33,523 nt of DNA, taken from an uncultured Tangfeifania sp. (GTDB lineage Bacteria; Bacteroidota; Bacteroidia; Bacteroidales; Prolixibacteraceae). Below the pieces are notes generated by a model that saw only the letters and a program-made list of their open reading frames with translations, was not told the origin of the DNA and searched no databases. The number at the start of each line of letters is the position of its first letter. Position 1 is the first letter of the stretch. The position numbers were made by a program, and so were the translations under genes. Below, piece by piece: positions 29,201 to 33,523 of the stretch. Where the stretch lies: positions 1-33,523 of the forward strand of contig CAYTDH010000006.1 in assembly GCA_964436325.1 (NCBI GenBank), written 5' to 3'.

Positions 29201-30108
29201 CAGGATGGAACCATATTGGCTACCTGTCTGATTTGGCAATGGATGTGAACGATGCATTGCGGCTTTATGTGGCCAACCCCTCCGAGATCATAAAAAGTCA
29301 GTATGCCTTTTCCATGTACGATCCACGGGTCGGCTGGCTGGGTTCCCTCGACGTGATGAAACCCGGGTTGGGATATATGCTGAAGGTAGATGCCCCGGCT
29401 ACGCTTACCTATCCTAACAACACTGTTTTCAAGGGAGCGAAGATTGCCAGTGAAGCATCGCCGCCCCTGGGATGGAAAAATGATTTGTCGAAGTATGCCA
29501 ATAACCTTTCTCTCATAGGACGTCTGGATGTGAGCCAGACCCCCGATGTAACCATCAACAGTGAAATGGTCCTGGGAGCATTTATCCACAACGAGTGCCA
29601 TGGATTTGTTGCTCCTGTTATGGATAGTGGTATTGGGTACAATCCCTTCTTCCTGAACGTAAGCAGTAACAGCGGGGAGCAAAGGATTGATTTTCGCCTG
29701 TTTGACGGCATGACCGGAAAGACCTATCGCATTGAGGAAACCAAACCCTTTGTGCAGGATGCTGTCTACGGAACCACCCGTGAACCGGTTGATCTTACAC
29801 TGAAAGAGGTTCTGACAGGGAATGGTGCATTTGGAAGCAATTCCTTCCTGCGGTGTTATCCTAACCCGTTTAACAGTCAGGTGAATGTTGAGTTTTCAGG
29901 CACCGGAAGTAATGTTACCATTGATGTCGTCAGTACCTCAGGAGCTCTGGTAAAACGTATTTACGATAATTATCCGGTCAGCGGTGTGAATACGGCGGTC
30001 TGGGACGGGCGGAATGGAAAGGGAGGGCATGTATCTCCCGGGATATATTACATACGTTTTGTTTCAGGCGGGGCAGTGGAAACCATAAAAATTTCGAAAA
30101 CAAGGTAA
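23230..30108 (+). CDS. 3' part of the same giant protein (unknown core, Ig-like domains, 2 LamG, BACON-like domain, repeated modules, T9SS type-A C-terminal sorting domain)
   Basis: No signal peptide of its own; the frame is open from 23134. LamG (SFTIEFWVRP..WQHMAYV..GSIHELRIW; YTLEFWFK..WHHFALV..GKLDEFRLW), LPPWLTANPSSG, GWNWVSF/GWNHIGY and CTD YPNPFN..WDG..PGIYYIRF..IKISK. Confidence 0.88.
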   Translation: MVGRVIGGTGSNPIPMGFDQSENNIGKATIMLTHDSFSDMTFKNTKTGFDTVAYTVATEINESGDTTFQDIQHRMNREDNYTYIYTSETSGEFVAKLIPEKFSIVDIDVDNDAFNDVKNFFGTRVIDLSGNLTQKHEVLRDESGNAIDSIPYHLKLNYIYQTPPEISVTNANDSVLFYGEQEMTYVDPSTGNDQTLTVADHFRYPVFQMMKDYSSEISVFESYENFDTGENTYQSIKEAEIRIINDLAIDNQVKTYRLTPDMDGTVVDTFKVGLPNITKSEDDKTSFTKTMQINVTVDGNTFAWEPGGEIYRAYITGQRPKGNNFYTEGPQVPEIILRDPPGTNSSAYIEKGSSYSVSSSFSTDFDNGSGFGAEILLGVEVAAGGGLAGPVIKTDTKNSGKTGLSFSTTVNESGEYVQSYEFSERVETSSDPGMVGSMADIYIGKSYNYFYGETDHLKVVPYDLATDNGIIALDGSELKDTQFTLGIVEGFVMNPDNSDTYFKYTQAHIINKLLPELESRRNNLFLTAKRSDGSLKYETHVPESDLRYGVAHSYDVEVSGGDTIVYGYYRMSDTDSMVSYSFRPEQQTIEDLNNLQNDTIYEVDSIRYYNSQIGIWIDAIRLNEAEKAMAIENNTLERNISFDGGVGSITRRETQTIAYNREESRTKNMHFGAQGSVGFTFNRTGVVATGELSISHSLGVSAGEGFEQSLEYGYTLDDGDAGDYYSLNVYRRPESGIFNANDLQETKMDMPANFDFGILGQGVALVGGAISVAAAASYNAGGGIPIVAGATTMAIAAGLSYIPYVSFKDDVEEVGERFSPGDIRVSSFNISSPIFSTLGGQTMCPYQGLEHTFFYRDAQGDSVVFHKPTLQREKPEITAEPREVYQVPVTDQAFFNIRLSNNTESGDDQWYTVSVDEKTNPNGAAVRIDGATANKTILVPANTTVTKVLSISPTDPSVMEYDSIGIVIHSTCQYDPTDFIPDISDTVYLSASFQPACTNVEILEPLDNWVVNVQDNDTMTVRIGDYNLGHSSFESFRFEYKPTSGSIWIPGKYFVNDPALANKDEVLDTLLINDQSFVAFDWDMTTLKDRAYDIRVVSQCSDGSENESIILSGILDGQRPQVFGTPQPADGILNIDENISVQYNEPIEGGLLNQFNFDVKGTLNYFELKHEAYIRLNGAGDYAAIPEGISFNDKSFTIEFWVRPDDYNNAVILSQGNDPETNLEIGLMEGDKTYFKIGNVVSEASFQFSPAVPSDQWQHMAYVFDYANGDIFIYQNDKIILERRSVSVTYNNSGKIYIGKSSVTGEDYFAGSIHELRIWSKYLSNGDVYANQYTALSGNEVGLYGYWPLDEAFGELAIDKAANRHMEVYAPWEVYPGGSSWDFSGNNCLEFYTGYFSIIPEMDYTLEFWFKDNNPSDTVALFSNQKGDGNESEGLMEKALTVLASPDGKIWVASKGNLFEATSVDYFDNTWHHFALVVRRRGNVTAFIDGEPQNEQENSILGGISGGKMALGARKWDNISGTGSDWYYSGKLDEFRLWNLAKTTTQIRMDMNSKLHGDEIGLQVYLPFEGYYEDNLGVMHQNPTLENFMTDVNATDAEACVGDAYTTDAPNMKDVRPVQSIAYDYVASEDKIIINPKSYLYPQLEKNIIEITVEGVEDKYGNPMASPVTWTAYVHRNQVRWEDERRFFTKEIYKPFEFVSTIKNTGGQQIGFTIANLPPWLTANPSSGVINPESSLPITFTINPALNIGEYDEDIILRTENGFDEKLPLAVRVYKTPPDWEVNPAKFEYTMNMVGRVKIEDVLSTDEYDLVAAFVDDTIRGVANVRYLEEFDSYLVFLNVYGNVNGEELEFRIWDASAGQILDNVKPFDISFVPNGVVGTTIDPVLFEATGLQRQYIPLAKGWNWVSFNKLASSQDNLNSFFASLEPEQNDQIKTHGGGFNTFDMMTGWVVGGIDSIDNRQMYQMKISSNDTIIYSGESLVPEENPIELTAGWNHIGYLSDLAMDVNDALRLYVANPSEIIKSQYAFSMYDPRVGWLGSLDVMKPGLGYMLKVDAPATLTYPNNTVFKGAKIASEASPPLGWKNDLSKYANNLSLIGRLDVSQTPDVTINSEMVLGAFIHNECHGFVAPVMDSGIGYNPFFLNVSSNSGEQRIDFRLFDGMTGKTYRIEETKPFVQDAVYGTTREPVDLTLKEVLTGNGAFGSNSFLRCYPNPFNSQVNVEFSGTGSNVTIDVVSTSGALVKRIYDNYPVSGVNTAVWDGRNGKGGHVSPGIYYIRFVSGGAVETIKISKTR

Positions 30109-30120
30109 AAAAGGCTAATC

Positions 30121-33100
30121 ATGAATACAAAAATAATTTTTTCCATTTTTATTACCGCTCTGTTTTCCTTTTGGGGAATGATTACCAAAGGCCAGCCAAA
30201 CTGGGATGTAGAGCCAGGTGATTTTGTTTACTCGATGACTATCACCGGAAAAATAACCACTGATGGTTATTTTTCCACCGATGAAGATGATGTGATTGCA
30301 GCCTTTATTGACGGAGAATGCCGGGGTGTTTCGAAGGTGGAATACGTGAGTGCGGTCGATGCTTATTATGTTTTTCTGATGGTTTACAGCAATGATCCAG
30401 CCGGTACAGTAACATTCAAAATTTATGACGATAGTGCAAATGAAGAGTTTACAGTAAAAGAGACCATCAATTTCACGGTGAATGATATCATCGGCTCTGT
30501 GAGTAATCCGTTTATTTTCTCCGCCAGCACGCTTGGCGGTGATGCCCGCATGTTATCGTTCACCATTCCCAACCAGGAGGGTGAGACGGTGATTTCGGGG
30601 AATAATGTTTACCTGGAGGAGCACTGGAGTGGAGATTTAACGGGGATTACCCCCAACTTTACCCTTTCGGAGGGTGCTAAAGCCTATGTGGGAGGTGTTG
30701 AGCAAACCAGTGGGGTGAACACGCACGATTTCCTGGTTCCGGTTGAATATACGGTTGAATCGGCCGATCTTTCCACGTCAACGGTTTATACCGTTTACAT
30801 CACTGAGGCCAATGACATCCCGACCGACATTCTGCTGACCAGTCAGCAGAAAGAGGAGAACGATCCGATGTCTTTTATCGGTGCCTTTAGTACGGTAACC
30901 GCCAACCCGGAGGAGGAGCATGTCTACAGCCTGGTGAGTGCACCGCAGACCGCGAATGAATATTTCTATATCGACGGTTCAGGGCTCAGGTCGCGCAATC
31001 CTTTCGATTATGAGCAGCGCTCATCGTACCGGATCAAGGTTCGTGCCGACGACCAGAAAGGAGGCGTTGTGGAGAAGTTCTTCACCATTGAAATTCTGGA
31101 TCAGAATGATCCCCCCACGGATATTGCCCTTGCCAATGCAAATACTCCGGTGAATACCTCACCGAACACGGTGATTGGGAATTTGCTCGCGTTGGATGAC
31201 GACCCGGATGATCATCATGTATTTACACTGGTGGAAGGCGACGGGAGCAATGACCGGGACAACAGACATTTCCGGATCCAGGGCAATGAGCTGATTGCCG
31301 CCTCGCAATTGGTTTTTCTGGAGGGCACGGAATACCATATCCGTGTTCGTGTTGAAGACGCGCAGGGGGCAAGCCTTGAAGTTTCGCTGGTGCTCAGCAC
31401 GGAAACCCACGGAAACCCGCCGCACAGTCTGGAACTGAGCAGCACGCTGGTGCTGGGCACAGAAGATCCGCCACTGCTTGTGGGAACGTTGACCACCCAA
31501 GATGTGGACCAGGAGAGCGGACATGGTTTTTCCTTATCGCCGCACGAAACGCTTGGAGTTGACAACGGGTATTTTTCGATCGTGAACGGTGCATTGTACC
31601 TGGATGATCTTGAGCCGGTGGAAGAGAAGATGAGGTATTCTGTTTTTATCGCGGTGACCGATTCAATGGGGAATTCATTTACGCGGGGCTTTGAGATCAG
31701 GGTCCGTGATCAGCTTGGGTCCGGGGCATTTTACCTGAGTGAGGACCATCTTTCGGAGAACCAGCCGCTGAATACGATTGTGGGGTATTTTGATTCGGAA
31801 AGTTATCCGAGCGAAGAATATTCGTTTTCGCTTCCGCTGGAGGTTGATTTGGAGACCTATTGCAACGATGAGTTCAGACTGAACGGAAGGACGCTACTGA
31901 CCAACAAGGTATTCGATTATGAATTGGAGCATACTTTGATGCTGCGTCTGGAAGTTTCGGATGGAGAGACACGGATCACCGAGGATGTGGTTGTTCATAT
32001 TACCGATGAGAATGATCCGCCCACGGGTTTGTCATTGTCGGCCAATGTGCTGAGTGAGTCCACGGGTGTGAATACGGTTGCGGGGACCCTGTCGGCCGAA
32101 GATCAGGATGCGGGAGACAGTCATACGTTTAGTCTGGCTATGGGTAATGGGATGAACGATGCTTCAAACGATTATTTTGAGGTGGATGGCAATAGTCTGG
32201 TATTGAAAAAAGCGTTGGATTACGAGGAGCAGGAGTATCACAACATTTTGCTAAAAGTGACCGACAGTGGAGGGGCTATTTTTGAACAGGGGCTTCGGCT
32301 AAGGGTGGCCGATGCCAATGATGCTCCTGAGATAGTGAGCGAACCGGTGAATTATGTTCTTCAAAACGATGTCTATGTCTATGCCATAAAAGCTGAGGAC
32401 AGCGAAGGAGACGAGGTGACCTTCAGTTTTGAAGGGTTACCCGAATGGCTTACGTTTAATTCTGCTACTCATCTTTTGACTGGAGTTGCAGGCAATGATT
32501 GGGTGGGTGAGTACAGCTTTATCATCCGTGTTAGCGATGGGCAAAAATCATCGGAGCAACAAGTTTTGTTGTCGGTGATCAATGAGAATGATCCTCCGGA
32601 GGTCAATTATTATCTGGGAGAACAAACATTCTTCACCAACCGGGATAATGAAGTTATTCTTCCTTCCGACGCCATGATTGATCCGGATGTCGGAGATACT
32701 TTAACTTACAGCTTATCGCTTGAAAACAATTCATCTCTTCCCGGATGGCTGACATTCGACCCTGTTACCCTTCAATTAACCGGAAATCCTCCATATGAAG
32801 CTTATGGGGTTCATTCATTGAAGTTGATGGCCAAAGATCAGGGAAACCTGAAAGAATGGATGGTTTTTAATCTCCATGTGACTTATCCAACCTCTGTTAA
32901 TGATCCGGGTGTTTTATCAGGACCGGAGATTTATCCCAATCCTGTCCGGAACCATTTAAATATTTCTGTTCCTGCAGGGAAGGAAGATGCCCGGATAGGC
33001 ATAACCGATGGAAGTGGGAAACAAATCCGGCTCCTTAGCCTGCCTGCCGGCACCCGGAAAACACTTTCTGTTGAGGGATTGAAACCGGGAGTTTATTTCC

Positions 33101-33153
33101 TCCGGTTTAACCAGGGTGAGAATCATGAAGTGAGAAAGGTGATCAAACAGTGA
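30121..33153 (+). CDS. T9SS-secreted cadherin/Ig-repeat adhesin-like protein
   Basis: Signal peptide; N-terminal module shared with the giant protein; DUF5018-like domain (SFTIPNQ..TPNFTLSEGA..DF..PVEYTV.SAD); ~5 cadherin-like repeats (NDxPTDI, FDYE, DxD); two He_PIG/CADG-like domains (LPEWLTF, LPGWLTFDP); CTD IYPNPV..PGVYFLR..RKVIKQ. Confidence 0.9.
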   Translation: MNTKIIFSIFITALFSFWGMITKGQPNWDVEPGDFVYSMTITGKITTDGYFSTDEDDVIAAFIDGECRGVSKVEYVSAVDAYYVFLMVYSNDPAGTVTFKIYDDSANEEFTVKETINFTVNDIIGSVSNPFIFSASTLGGDARMLSFTIPNQEGETVISGNNVYLEEHWSGDLTGITPNFTLSEGAKAYVGGVEQTSGVNTHDFLVPVEYTVESADLSTSTVYTVYITEANDIPTDILLTSQQKEENDPMSFIGAFSTVTANPEEEHVYSLVSAPQTANEYFYIDGSGLRSRNPFDYEQRSSYRIKVRADDQKGGVVEKFFTIEILDQNDPPTDIALANANTPVNTSPNTVIGNLLALDDDPDDHHVFTLVEGDGSNDRDNRHFRIQGNELIAASQLVFLEGTEYHIRVRVEDAQGASLEVSLVLSTETHGNPPHSLELSSTLVLGTEDPPLLVGTLTTQDVDQESGHGFSLSPHETLGVDNGYFSIVNGALYLDDLEPVEEKMRYSVFIAVTDSMGNSFTRGFEIRVRDQLGSGAFYLSEDHLSENQPLNTIVGYFDSESYPSEEYSFSLPLEVDLETYCNDEFRLNGRTLLTNKVFDYELEHTLMLRLEVSDGETRITEDVVVHITDENDPPTGLSLSANVLSESTGVNTVAGTLSAEDQDAGDSHTFSLAMGNGMNDASNDYFEVDGNSLVLKKALDYEEQEYHNILLKVTDSGGAIFEQGLRLRVADANDAPEIVSEPVNYVLQNDVYVYAIKAEDSEGDEVTFSFEGLPEWLTFNSATHLLTGVAGNDWVGEYSFIIRVSDGQKSSEQQVLLSVINENDPPEVNYYLGEQTFFTNRDNEVILPSDAMIDPDVGDTLTYSLSLENNSSLPGWLTFDPVTLQLTGNPPYEAYGVHSLKLMAKDQGNLKEWMVFNLHVTYPTSVNDPGVLSGPEIYPNPVRNHLNISVPAGKEDARIGITDGSGKQIRLLSLPAGTRKTLSVEGLKPGVYFLRFNQGENHEVRKVIKQ

Positions 33154-33190
33154 GTAAACAGTAAAAAAGTTCCTGGAACGCCCCGCTGCT

Positions 33191-33523
33191 GCGCGATTGT
33201 ATCGCGTGGCATATGAGGATAATTGGGCCTTCGGACGGGTGAATCCCTTAGGGTGCGGAGCTCCCTAAGGGTTTGTTCAGATTTATTCTTTTTAATCCAA
33301 TCGGGCTTCGCCCTCCGAAGGTTTACCGTAGAGGGGCGAGTCCTCCTACAGTAAACCTTCGGAGGGTAAAGCCGCCAGGTAAAGCCCCCCTTAATTCCCC
33401 CGAAATGGGGGATGTACTCTCCGAAGGAGAGATTGGGGACAGGAGTATTTGTTGCCCCGATTCGTTACCTGTCATTTCGACGAGCTTGCGAGGAGAAATC
33501 TCTCCAAATTTCAACAGATTTCT
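33191..33523. repeat. Cluster of REP-like GC-rich palindromes
   Basis: cgcgat-tgt-atcgcg (33192-33206); cccttaggg/ccctaaggg (33245-33271); ~30-bp stem with a perfect 16-bp core (33311-33326/33351-33366); tccccc-gaaat-ggggga; ctctcc-gaa-ggagag; gtcatttcgac..agaaatct..agatttct running off the end. Confidence 0.75.

Noticed and set aside
31398..31417. 10-bp tandem duplication CACGGAAACC x2
   Set aside because: Only two copies, and the reading frame and cadherin pattern continue normally; probably chance.
33154..33523. Possible CRISPR array, tRNA or 63-aa ORF (33323-33514) at the right end
   Set aside because: No regularly spaced direct repeats and no cloverleaf with T/D-loop consensus; the ORF merely reads through palindromes.

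Overview
Bacteroidota DNA, probably Prolixibacteraceae/Marinilabiliales-like. This is inferred from TAnnTTTG -7 promoter boxes, A-rich translation starts, T9SS C-terminal domains and gene content. Bases 1-19400 are mostly housekeeping: methylmalonyl-CoA epimerase (cut by the window edge), an acyl-CoA transferase/hydrolase, ferritin, a long RelA/SpoT homologue with a degenerate HD motif, glycerate kinase, a TPR protein, a cupin plus GH29 fucosidase, a Rieske lipoprotein plus DUF5777-like barrel, sucA-sucB, an NADP-dependent MDR oxidoreductase, a small membrane protein and glyA-TauE-COG0523. A 500-bp internally deleted IS630 derivative with near-perfect ends and an AT-rich spacer precede a ~12.7-kb accessory two-gene locus of T9SS cargo. 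The first gene is a giant FN3/LamG/Ig protein (~3228 aa if one frameshift at ~23150 is repaired). Its core carries two Ser/Thr/Gly-rich beta-hairpin-like segments and a 50-aa uncharged segment reminiscent of pore-forming or translocation modules. The second is a 1010-aa cadherin/Ig adhesin-like protein whose N-terminal domain is homologous to two C-terminal domains of the giant protein. The window ends in a dense patchwork of REP-like palindromes. Functional claims about the giant locus are hypotheses; no database searches were possible.
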